From an uncultured Spirochaetota bacterium (lineage in GTDB: Bacteria; Spirochaetota; Spirochaetia; SZUA-6; Fen-1364): a DNA stretch of 64,000 bases. The notes beneath the pieces are model-generated. The model ran no database searches. It had not been told where the DNA came from and was given only the letters and a program-made list of their open reading frames with translations. Positions 10,236 to 19,509 of the stretch are shown piece after piece; positions within the stretch are counted from its first letter, which is position 1; every line of letters starts with the position of its first letter. The translations under genes and the position numbers were made by a program. The DNA lies in the NCBI GenBank assembly GCA_963734545.1, contig CAVTHO010000006.1, positions 384,001 to 448,000 on the forward strand. The letters are read 5' to 3'.

Positions 10236-11467
10236 ACCGCCTCCGCGACGATGCGCGCCGCGCACGCAATGTCGTCGATCCGGCTGAACTCGCCCGGGTT
10301 ATGGCTTATGCCGCCGCGGCTGGCCACGAAGAGCATGGCGGCAGGGAGCAGGGGAGCCAGTATCGCGGTATCGTGAAGGGCGCCGCTCGCTGTTTCCGGC
10401 AGCTCCAGCTCGAGACGCCAGGCAGCCTCCTGCAGGCGCTCGCACACTCCGGGGTCGAGCGGGACAGCCGGCAGGTCTTCCGTGCACGAGAGCTCGAGCG
10501 TGAGCCCCCGTGAGCGCGCGATTTCCTGCACGAGCTTCCGCACCTGCAGGTCGCCGTGTGCCAGTCCCTCGTTCGATCTTGCGCGAAAGTCGATGGTGAA
10601 GGCGACCCGGCCGGGGATCACGTTCACCGCGTTGGGCTGCACGTCCAGCCGGCCCACGGTGACAACCGTGTGCCCTTCGGTCTTGTCCTGGGCCCGGCCC
10701 AGGCCTTCCAGGGCAGTCACCACTTGCGCGGCCCCTGCCAGCGCGTCACGCCTGTCCACCATGGCGGTGGCACCCGCGTGATTCGCCTCCCCGGTGAGCG
10801 CGCACGAGTACTGGCGGCGCCCGGCGATGGCCGTCACCACTGCCACCGGTATTCCGGCGTTCCAGAGCGCGGGCCCCTGCTCCACGTGAGTCTCGATCAG
10901 CCCGTGGTAGGCAGCCGGATCGAGACGCTCCGCGTCCAGCCTCTTCGGGTCCACGCCGTGCGCCGCGCCTGCCGTGAGGTAGTCCCTGCCCTCGCGGTTG
11001 CGAAGCGTGCGGAGCTGATCGGCATTGGTCAGGCCGGCCCACGCGCGGCTGCCCAGCATGCCGAGATCGAACGTGGTCCCTTCTTCCTCTGCAAAAACGA
11101 TCAGCTCCATCGGCGCGTCCGGCGCGGCGCGGAGGATCTCCAGCGCCACCACCACTCCCGTCACTCCGTCGAACCTGCCGCCGGTGGGCACCGAGTCCAC
11201 GTGAGACCCGCACAGCCATGCCTTCTCCTGCCATCCGAGCCCCGCGGGCCGCGCATGCAGGTTGCCTGCCGCGTCGATGCGCACGACGCATCCGGCTTTC
11301 TGCGCTTCCTCCGCGACGTAGTCCCGGGCCCGGCGCCACGAGGGCGAGAATGTCGGACGGCTGAAACCGACCTGCGGGTCTGCCTCGGAGAATGCGGCGA
11401 TCTGCTCGATGTCCCGGGCCAGCCGATGGCCCGCCACCTGGATGCCGCTCACCCGGGAGGGCTTCAC
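10226..11467 (-). CDS. allC: Allantoate amidohydrolase-type M20 Zn/Mn hydrolase
   Basis: GSHVDSVPTGGRFDG, EEEG, ETHVEQG, NHAG, NVIPG, SGALHD, GISHNP. GTG 11467 overlaps the upstream stop (GTGA). The specific substrate is inferred from context. Confidence 0.8.
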   Translation of the reverse strand: MKPSRVSGIQVAGHRLARDIEQIAAFSEADPQVGFSRPTFSPSWRRARDYVAEEAQKAGCVVRIDAAGNLHARPAGLGWQEKAWLCGSHVDSVPTGGRFDGVTGVVVALEILRAAPDAPMELIVFAEEEGTTFDLGMLGSRAWAGLTNADQLRTLRNREGRDYLTAGAAHGVDPKRLDAERLDPAAYHGLIETHVEQGPALWNAGIPVAVVTAIAGRRQYSCALTGEANHAGATAMVDRRDALAGAAQVVTALEGLGRAQDKTEGHTVVTVGRLDVQPNAVNVIPGRVAFTIDFRARSNEGLAHGDLQVRKLVQEIARSRGLTLELSCTEDLPAVPLDPGVCERLQEAAWRLELELPETASGALHDTAILAPLLPAAMLFVASRGGISHNPGEFSRIDDIACAARIVAEAVCR

Positions 11468-12454
11468 TTTCCGAAATCCTTCCGCCACGCCGCCCCTGTC
11501 TTTTCGAACGCGCTCTCGGCGGCCGTGCGCCGCAGCCGGTGAAGCTGGGGGGTGCCCAGCTCCCACTCCTGCATCCAGTCGCGCGCAAAGGCCCCCTGCT
11601 CCGTTTCCTTGAAAATCTGGCGGACAGCATCCTCATTGATCACGCGCGGCCCGCGCGTGCGCACGGCGAACTCGCAGGTACGGCTGCAGCGGGTAGTGAG
11701 GTAGTTCTCGACTCCGTTTTCGTCCATCACGTCCAGCACGCTTCTGATGGAGCGCACTGCTTTTGCATATGCAAAGCTCGGCGGATAGCCGTTGTCCACC
11801 ATCACCTGGAAGCAGAGCCGCATGAGCTGGATTGCCCCGCCGTAGAGGATCTGCTCCTCGAAGTTGTCCCCCTCTGTTTCGTGCTGGAAGGAAAGCTCCA
11901 CCACGCCTGCCCTCGTGGAGCCCACTGCCTTGGCAATGGCAAGAGCGATCTCTCTGGCGCTGCCCGGTGGCGTCGTGCTCGACGCTCACGCAGCCGTAGA
12001 CCCCTTCCCCCTTCTTGTACTTTTCCCGCACGAGCGCGCCGGGGGCATTGGGGACGAACAACACCGTGTTGACGGTCTCCGGCGGACGGATGGCGCCGTA
12101 GAGCACGTTGAAGCCGTGACAGAAGCAGAGCGTCTGGCCCGGCCGCAGGTGCGGGGCGATCTCTTTCCTGTAGACGGACGGCTGCGCGGGATCGGCCAGC
12201 TCGATCAGGAGAATGTCCCCTTTTTTTGTCGCCTCCGAGACGCTCATCACGGGAAACCCGTCCGCCTGCGCCTGGCCGCGGGAAGGACTCTCCTCCGCCG
12301 GCCGGGACCCGACGATCACGGTGCAGCCGCTGTCCCGGGCGTTCGCGGCCTGCGCTTTGCCCTGGATGCCGTACCCGATGACGGCGATTGTCCGGCCCTT
12401 GAGAATCGACATGTCCACGTCGGCATCGCGGTAGATCTTCTCGGTGTTTTCCAT
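11464..12454 (-). CDS. Divergent class I ketol-acid reductoisomerase (IlvC-like) fold oxidoreductase; one +1 frameshift near 11964
   Basis: N-terminal half IYRDADVD..IAVIGYGIQG..RDSG..HGFN and C-terminal half RAGV..ETEGDNFEEQ..GAFARDWM. Removing one G from ACCGGGC (11963-11965) joins the two ORFs as DATGSAREIALAIAKAVGSTRAGV. Confidence 0.85.
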
Positions 12455-12463
12455 TCGTTTACC

Positions 12464-13218
12464 TCACAGGGCGATCTCTCGATTGACGTTCTTATAATAG
12501 ATGTATCTGGACGCGAACAGGGCCCGTGGCATAGTAGCTCTGCGGACAGAAGGGGCCCATCCAGATGAAGTCGGTGGCTTCGACCTCCATCCAGGTGTCA
12601 TCGAGGAAGTACGTGCCTTTGCCTTGCAGCACGTACAACCCGTGCTCCATGACGTGCGTCTCCGTGATTGGCAGGCTGTGTCCCACGTCGAATGTGAAGA
12701 TATTCATGGCCATGTCGAATGCGTTGTCATCCGGGATAAGTACCTGCAGGAGCGCGCCTGGGTCTTCGTAGTACACCTGGCCTTTGGCATTCTTCTCGTT
12801 TCCCACCACCGCGGAGAACATGGGGAACGCCCGTTGCCGGCTCGTAACGCTTGCGCAGCATCAGCAGAGAAGTCTGCGCGCTGGCAGCGGCGCTGAAACT
12901 TTTGTCCGGTGGAATGAGCGCGTAGCCGCCGCTCACCAGGGCATGGCTCTTCCCGTCGATGGTGAGGCCCAGGGCACCGGAGAGCACGTAAATGAAGAAC
13001 TCGATCTGTCCGTCCGCAGGATGCGCTCCGGCCTGGCCAGGCGCCAGGTCCAGCAGGTATTCCGCGAACCCCGCCCCCAGCGCCGGCCCGGCGAGCACGC
13101 GTACCTGCGCCTGCGGCCACTCGGGCAGCCGCGAGTAGGGGATCCCCTCGAGGGGAAGAAGGGCATAGCGGGGTTTCACGCGCGTCCGGCTGTGCAGGAG
13201 CTGACTCTGAGTTCTCAT
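12464..13218 (-). CDS. allE: (S)-ureidoglycine aminohydrolase (bicupin); two apparent +1 frameshifts (~12823, ~12516)
   Basis: EFFIYVLSG in the first cupin. DMAMNIFTF, ETHVMEHGLYVLQGKG and FIWMGPFCPQ in the second. The canonical C-terminus RYIYYKNVNREIAL* lies in a shifted frame ending at 12464. Confidence 0.9.
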
Positions 13219-13311
13219 CGAGGACGAATATACTCATGGCAGAGTCGAATCGGGCAAGCGAACGATGGATGTTCGGCGGGGGCGGTCTACCGCGCGCGAG
13301 TCGAGCCGGCG

Positions 13312-14474
13312 CTACCGCGCTGAAATGTAGCTTATCGGAGCCCGCTCGATCTTCTCCACCGGCAGCACGTCCACCAGCTCGTACTTCCGCGTGCCCAGTC
13401 CCAGCTTCTCCCCGTACTCCACCACCAGGTAGGGGTCCTTGTAGGGGCCGTGCAGCCAGCGGAACGGGTGCCCCTCGCGCGTGTGGACTTCCATCGAGGT
13501 GGGGATGTTCTCCTCGATCAGGCGCAGTTCGCCGATTGCGTCCAGCACGGCCTGCTCCACGGCAACGATATCGTCCGAGCCGAAGATTCCCGCGTCCGGC
13601 AGGATGGGCATGCTGGTGAACCCGAAGCAGTCGCAGACCGGCGTCATCTGGTTGGCAAGGATGATGTGCACGGCCTTGCCCGGCGCAAAGGTGCCCAGAG
13701 AGAGGCTCGTGCTGATTGCCAGGCCTCCTGGAAGGCATGGAAGTTCACCTTGTCGATCTTCAGGCTGCCGGGGGGCGCCACTTTCAGGCAGCGCCCGCAC
13801 TGGTTGCACTCCTCGGGGTGCAGGTGAAGCTCCCGGGGGTTGTCCTTGTCCTCCACGAGCGCCGCGTGCGGACAGGAGGCGAGGACGCTTTTTCTGGCGG
13901 CCTCGTCGGGGCACTTGTCGGCGAACCAGTAGCGATCGAACTGCATTGCGTCGTGCATGGCGCTGCGCGTAGGACCGGCCATGCAGCCCAGGGCCAGGTT
14001 CTTGAACACCCCGCCGTAGCCGCAGCTCGGATGCCCCTTTGCATGCGCCAGGTTGACCAGGAATGTTGCGTCCTGGATCAGTCCGGCGACCTGCCACTTC
14101 TTGATGTTCTTGAAGGGGCGCTCATGCTCGTAGAAATACTTGTCATCCGGCCCGGCCGCGGCGTACACGGGGCAGCCCAGGGTCTCAGATGAGTAGCCGC
14201 GCTCCTCGGCGCCCTTGGCGTCCCAGGTCACATCGGCGATGTACGGCCGGCCGCCGCCGTCCTTGATGGCCTGCACGACCTTGCGCACGAAGACCGGGTG
14301 CACGGTCGAATAGCCGATCTTGTTTCCCGTGTGCATCTTGATCACCACAGTCTCGTCCTTGACGCGCTCGCGCAGCTTGAGGCGCTCGAGGATCAGATCG
14401 AGCTTGGCCGGCAGGGTTTCCCTGGCCTCGAGCCGGGCCTGACGGGGGGAGCCGAAATACACGGTGCTGGACAT
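13312..14474 (-). CDS. DUF362-family Fe-S protein with 4Fe-4S ferredoxin insert; frameshift near 13720
   Basis: IKMHTG, AHAKGHPSCGYGGVFKNLALGC, CP...CNQCGRC, and PVCDC...GIFGSDDIVAVEQA in the downstream frame. ATG at 14474 follows GGAGG. Confidence 0.8.
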
Positions 14475-14574
14475 TTGCAGACCTCCCATTGGCATAGGGC
14501 AGTAGCTTATCATAGATGCGTTCTCGTGATAATGGGCGAATTCTGGTCGCCCAAACATCTTTGCGAGTTGTTTT

Positions 14575-14637
14575 ATAACGTTATTTTCTAATAATCTATT
14601 CTAACATGTGGACAAATCAAGATAACGCGTATATAAT
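14575..14637 (+). promoter_or_regulatory. Sigma70-type promoter of the sugar operon with candidate LacI-like operator
   Basis: TGGACA (14609-14614), 17-nt spacer, TATAAT (14632-14637). Perfect palindrome ATAACGTTAT at 14575-14584 and a related GATAACGCGTAT in the spacer. The region is AT-rich and divergent intergenic. Confidence 0.65.
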
Positions 14638-14669
14638 TCAAGGCCGATTGATAGGAAGGGAGTAGGCAC

Positions 14670-15713
14670 ATGATTGCAATTGCAGTTATTGCGCCCGGAC
14701 ACGTCGAACCGGTCGATATCCCGAAACCCAAGCCTGCGCCGTACGAAGCTTTGATAAAAAACAAGGCAGCCTACATCTGCAACGCCACCGACAGGAAGCT
14801 CGTGGCTGGTCATTTTCCCGGCATCGGAATCGAGAAGTATCCCCTCCTGCTCGGTCATGAGAGCGTCGGCGTCGTGGAAGAGGTGGGCTCCCGGGTGAAG
14901 AGCTTCAAGCCCGGTGACCGGGTGATCGGAGGGCTTCTCCTTTCGCCGACCAGCCCGCGCTTTTCTTCCGGCTGGGGCGGGAATTGCGAGTACGTGATTG
15001 CCACGGATCACGCGGCCATGCTCGCCGACGGCGTGGCGGACAAGGCGCACGGCTGGGACGAAATCTTCCAGATCATGAAAAAGCTTCCCGATGACATCCC
15101 GCTGGAGGCAGCCGCGCTCCTGTGCACGTGGCGCGAGGTGTACGCGGGCTTCAGCGACTTCCAGTTGAAGAAGGGCGACGACATACTCATTTTCGGCGCC
15201 GGGCCGGTCGGGCTCAGCTTCTGCCGCATGGCGAAGCTCCTCGGCCTGGGATGGGTCGGAGTGGTGGACCCCCTTCCCCAGAAGCGGGATCGGGCAAAGG
15301 CAATCGGGGCGGATGAGACATTCGCTCCTGATTCGGCCGAGCTGGCGGACCTGACCCGTCGCCGGGGCGCTCCGCTGGACGCGGTCATCGACGCGGTGGG
15401 AAGCGAACGCATCATCAACGCCGGCCTGCCGCTCATCAGGATGGCCGGCTCGCTGTGCGTGTACGGGGTGGTGGGGAGCGCGCAGATCACCGTTGCCAAG
15501 GACACGGGGCCCTACAACTTCAACCTGTTCATGCACCAGTGGCCGACACGGCCGGCGGAGGCGGCGGCACAGGAGCCGCTGATCGAGTGGATCAGGGCGG
15601 GCAAGCTCTCCCACAAGGATTTCCTGACAGCGGAGTACCCGGTGCGGGAGGCTGCGAAGGCCCTGCATGCAACCGAAGAGCCGGACGCGATCAAGACCCT
15701 GCTTCGTTTCTGA
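14670..15713 (+). CDS. Zinc-binding (MDR-family) sugar/alcohol dehydrogenase
   Basis: ICNATD, LLGHESVG, GDRV, Rossmann GAGPVG. No 4-Cys structural-zinc lobe is visible. RBS AGGAAGGGAG. Confidence 0.85.
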   Translation: MIAIAVIAPGHVEPVDIPKPKPAPYEALIKNKAAYICNATDRKLVAGHFPGIGIEKYPLLLGHESVGVVEEVGSRVKSFKPGDRVIGGLLLSPTSPRFSSGWGGNCEYVIATDHAAMLADGVADKAHGWDEIFQIMKKLPDDIPLEAAALLCTWREVYAGFSDFQLKKGDDILIFGAGPVGLSFCRMAKLLGLGWVGVVDPLPQKRDRAKAIGADETFAPDSAELADLTRRRGAPLDAVIDAVGSERIINAGLPLIRMAGSLCVYGVVGSAQITVAKDTGPYNFNLFMHQWPTRPAEAAAQEPLIEWIRAGKLSHKDFLTAEYPVREAAKALHATEEPDAIKTLLRF

Positions 15714-15727
15714 GGAGCCGTAGTGAC

Positions 15728-17252
15728 ATGAACCGCTACATACTCGCGCACGATCTGGGGACATCGGGGAACAAGGCGACCCTTTTCACGACCGAGGGGA
15801 AGCTGGTGGGAAGCGTCACTGTTCCGTATGACACGCACTACTTCAACACCAACTGGGCCGAGCAGGAGCCCGAGGATTGGTGGAAAGCCGTGTGCTCCTC
15901 CACGCAATCCCTCGTGCGGGACGTGGATGCGCGCGAGATCGCCGTCATTGCATTCAGCGGCCAGATGATGGGCTGCCTCTGCGTGGACAGGGACGGACGG
16001 GCCCTGCGGCCCGCCATCCTGTACAGCGACCAGCGCGCGGTGAAGGAATGCGATTCGATCCTCCGGCAGATCGACGCACAAGAGTTCTACAAGACGACCG
16101 GCCATCGCGCCAGCGCCTCCTACTCGGTGGAGAAGCTCATGTGGGTGAAGGACCACGAGCCGCAGGTATATGCAAAGACATTCAAGATGCTCCACGCCAA
16201 GGACTACCTGAACTTCCGCCTCACCGGGGTCATGGCCACGGAGTATTCCGACGCGTCAGGCACGAACGTGCTCGACCTGAACAGCCTGCGCTGGTCGGAA
16301 AAAATCGTGCGCATCACCGGCATCGACGGCGAGAAGCTGCCCCCGCTCAAGGCATCCACCGACGTGGTCGGCACGCTCACGTCGGCCGCCGCCAGGGCGC
16401 TGGGGCTGCCCGCCGGAATTCCCGTGGTCGCCGGAGGAGGGGACGGGGTCTGCGCGGGGGTGGGCGTCGGATCGGTGAAACCGGGGATCACGTACAACTA
16501 CCTGGGTTCCTCATCGTGGATCGCGACCACGACAAAACAGCCGATTTACGACGAGCAAGATGCGCACCTTTGTCTGGGCGCATGCCGTTCCGGGGTACGT
16601 GCATCCCTGCGGCACCATGCAGACGGCGGGGGGCGCGTACGCGTGGCTGAAGAACGAGATCTGCACGATGGAAAAGGCAGCCGCGTCGGAGAGCGGCGGA
16701 AATCCCTACGAGCTCATCAACAGGGAGATAGAGAAATCTCCACCAGGAGCCAACGGCATCATTTTCCTTCCGTACCTGCTGGGGGAGCGCACGCCGCGAT
16801 GGAATCCGGATGCCAAGGGCGCCCTGATGGGCCTCACCCTGGAACATACGCGGGCGGACGTCCTGCGGGCCGTCATGGAAGGCGTGACGGTGAACCTGAG
16901 CATCATCCTGGACATTTTCCGGGAACAGATCCCCATCAGAGAGATCACCGTGATCGGCGGCGGAGCCAAGGGTGACGTGTGGCGAAGGATCATGGCGGAT
17001 GTCTACCAGGCGGATATCCTGCGGCCCAACTACCTCGAGGAAGCCACCTCCATGGGCGCCGCGATCATCGGCGGTGTCGGATGCGGGGTTTTCAAGGACT
17101 TCGACGTGGCAGACAGATTCATCACGATCACCGACCGGACGCGCCCGGACGCCGGCCTGCAGTCCGTCTACCAGGCAACAAAAGACCTGCTGAATGACAG
17201 CTACGATGCACTCGCCCCCCTCTTTCCGAGATACGGGAAGAGGACACGATAA
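15728..17252 (+). CDS. FGGY-family carbohydrate kinase (xylulokinase-like); +1 frameshift near 16558
   Basis: HDLGTSGNKA, FSGQMMG, SDASGT, GGGDG, then FLPYLLGERTP and IGGGAK in the second frame. Confidence 0.88.
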
Positions 17253-17269
17253 GCGCAAGGGAGATCTCC

Positions 17270-18256
17270 ATGCAGCAGCCCAGGCTCTTCGCAACGCTTC
17301 CCGACTACGTGAGCACGCCTGACGGCATGGCGATCGATCGGGAGGGCAATCTCATCCTTGCCTGCCCGAACTACGCGGACCCTTCGATGCCCGGGTGCAT
17401 CCTGAAAATCGACCCCCAGAAAAAGATCCGGAAATGGGTCGATGTTCCCGTGTCGGAGGAAACCGGACATGCGTTCCCCATGGGGATCGCATTCGGGCCT
17501 GACGGAGACCTGTATATATGCGACAACCAGGGCTGGTCAGGGGCTCCCGAGCTCGTCTTCAAGGGCCGCATACTCCGGCTGCGCATCAGGGACGACCGGG
17601 TCGTCAAGACCACGGTGGTTGCCAGCGGCATGGAGCATCCCAATGGGATGCGCATCAACAGGGACCACGTGTATGTCACGCACAGCATGCTCTCCCGGGT
17701 CAAGGACCCTTCCGGGCTCCTGGTGAGCTGCGTGTATCGATTCGGGCTGGATGAGGAAAACATCAGGATCACCAACACGCGGGAGGACGAGTCGATCCTC
17801 GCCACGTTCCTGACGCACAACAAGGACATCCAGTACGGCATGGACGGCATTGAGTTCGACAAGGCCGGCAATCTCTACGTGGGAAACTTCGGGGACGGGG
17901 CGGTCTACAAGGTCACGTTCAGGAACGATGGATGCGTCAAGGAAAGCAGGGTCTGGGCCCAGGATCAGACGCAGCTCAAGTCCACGGACGGCATGATCAT
18001 CGACTCAGAGGGGAACATATTCATCGCCGATTTCTGCGCAAACGCGGTGGCAAAGGTTGCGCCCGACGGAAAGGTGACCCGCATCGCCCAGAGCCCTGAC
18101 ACGGACGGCCTGCACGGGGAGCTGGACCAGCCCGGAGAGCCGATCATCTGGAGAGGCAAGCTGATCCTCACCTGCTTCGACCTGGTGACAGGGCCGCAGC
18201 AGGTGAACACGAAGCACGAGATGCCGGCCACACTGTCGGAGCTGGATCCCTGGTAA
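17270..18256 (+). CDS. SMP-30/gluconolactonase-like beta-propeller protein
   Basis: Repeated PDGMAID, PMGIAFGPDG, PNGM, DGIEFD..GNLYV and DGMIIDSEGNIF blades. Confidence 0.8.
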   Translation: MQQPRLFATLPDYVSTPDGMAIDREGNLILACPNYADPSMPGCILKIDPQKKIRKWVDVPVSEETGHAFPMGIAFGPDGDLYICDNQGWSGAPELVFKGRILRLRIRDDRVVKTTVVASGMEHPNGMRINRDHVYVTHSMLSRVKDPSGLLVSCVYRFGLDEENIRITNTREDESILATFLTHNKDIQYGMDGIEFDKAGNLYVGNFGDGAVYKVTFRNDGCVKESRVWAQDQTQLKSTDGMIIDSEGNIFIADFCANAVAKVAPDGKVTRIAQSPDTDGLHGELDQPGEPIIWRGKLILTCFDLVTGPQQVNTKHEMPATLSELDPW

Positions 18257-18423
18257 CCCGGCAACGCGGCGCCAGCATGCGTCATTTGAAGGATACCTGG
18301 CAGCCGGTATAGCGTTTGTTCCATTCTTATTAATGGTTGGAACACTTTGTCGTTAATATGGACGTGAAATGGTCCACGTGGCGAGCGCGCGCGGCGTGAA
18401 ATACGACCCGGCCCTCGCCTTCC

Positions 18424-19509
18424 CTACTTGCCGCCAGGCTTTTCCACGATCGTGGCGGCCCACAGGACCGATCCGACCGCTTCCTTTGCGTTCAGCGTTT
18501 TCGGATAGTTGATGTAATCCGCGTAGCTGCGCTGGACGCCCAGGCCGTCGCATGCGTCGTGAATGTCGACCAGGCCGTCCTTTGCCAGCGCGGCTTTTGT
18601 GCGAATCCCCTCGTATCCCTTCTTCACCACCGGTCCGTACTGTTCCGCGCCCGCGCATCCCAGCTCGATTGCGCGCTGAATCGCGTAGACGAACATGGCG
18701 CTGCCGGACGTGTCGTGCCAGTTGTCCGGCCTGTCTCCCTTGTCCACGACCTGGTACCAGAGACCTGTTTCAAGGTCCTGCACGCGCGCCAGTCCCTCCA
18801 CGAGGTCACGCAGGATTGTGCGCACCTTCTCCCTTCCCGCGTGCCCGGCCGGGAGAAGGGACAGGGTTTCCGCGAGTATCAGGGCATACCAGCCCAGTCC
18901 CTCTGACCACACCTCGGGTGAAAGTCCGGTCTTCCTGTCCGCCCACGCGGCATGCCTGGCCTCGTCCCAGCCGTGGAGGAACAATCCCGTCTTTCCCTTC
19001 CGGCAGTGAGTGTCCAGCGAGGTGATCTGCCGGACCGCCTCGTCGAAGCAATAGGCGGCGTCACCGACCGCGGCGCCGTAGCGCGTGAGGAACATCTGCC
19101 CCATGAAGACGCCGTCGATCCACATCTCGTGGGGGAGGTCGCGCGCATGCCAGAATCCGCCGTCGGAATTGCGCGGGTAGTCGTCGAAGCGCTCGCGGAT
19201 CTTTCGCGCCGCGCGCAGATACCGGGCGTCCCCCGTCTTCTGGTACAGCGCGACGATGATCGTGCCGCTCATCATGTCGTCGAGGCTTTCCCCCGTGAAA
19301 GCGGGAATGCTCCCGTCCACGGCCACCTGCCCGTCCACGTACTTCCTGATGTAGGCGAGGTACCGGGGGTCGCCGGTACATGCGTGCAGCTTCTCGAAAC
19401 CGGCCAGGACATACCCATGGACGTAGCACCACCTCTTGTAGGGAATTGTCCAGGGGTCGGGATACCGCGTGAGGATCGTGTCCGCCAGGGCAATGGAAAT
19501 GGGCTTCAT
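18424..19509 (-). CDS. GH105 (GH88/105 clan) unsaturated glucuronyl/rhamnogalacturonyl hydrolase
   Basis: SLDD, GGFWH, MWIDGVFMG, HGWDE, WSEGLGW, DTSGSAMF. Confidence 0.9.
   Translation of the reverse strand: MKPISIALADTILTRYPDPWTIPYKRWCYVHGYVLAGFEKLHACTGDPRYLAYIRKYVDGQVAVDGSIPAFTGESLDDMMSGTIIVALYQKTGDARYLRAARKIRERFDDYPRNSDGGFWHARDLPHEMWIDGVFMGQMFLTRYGAAVGDAAYCFDEAVRQITSLDTHCRKGKTGLFLHGWDEARHAAWADRKTGLSPEVWSEGLGWYALILAETLSLLPAGHAGREKVRTILRDLVEGLARVQDLETGLWYQVVDKGDRPDNWHDTSGSAMFVYAIQRAIELGCAGAEQYGPVVKKGYEGIRTKAALAKDGLVDIHDACDGLGVQRSYADYINYPKTLNAKEAVGSVLWAATIVEKPGGK

Noticed and set aside
11464-12454. Annotating as housekeeping ilvC
   Set aside because: Key active-site residues are substituted and the context is purine catabolic rather than branched-chain amino acid synthesis.
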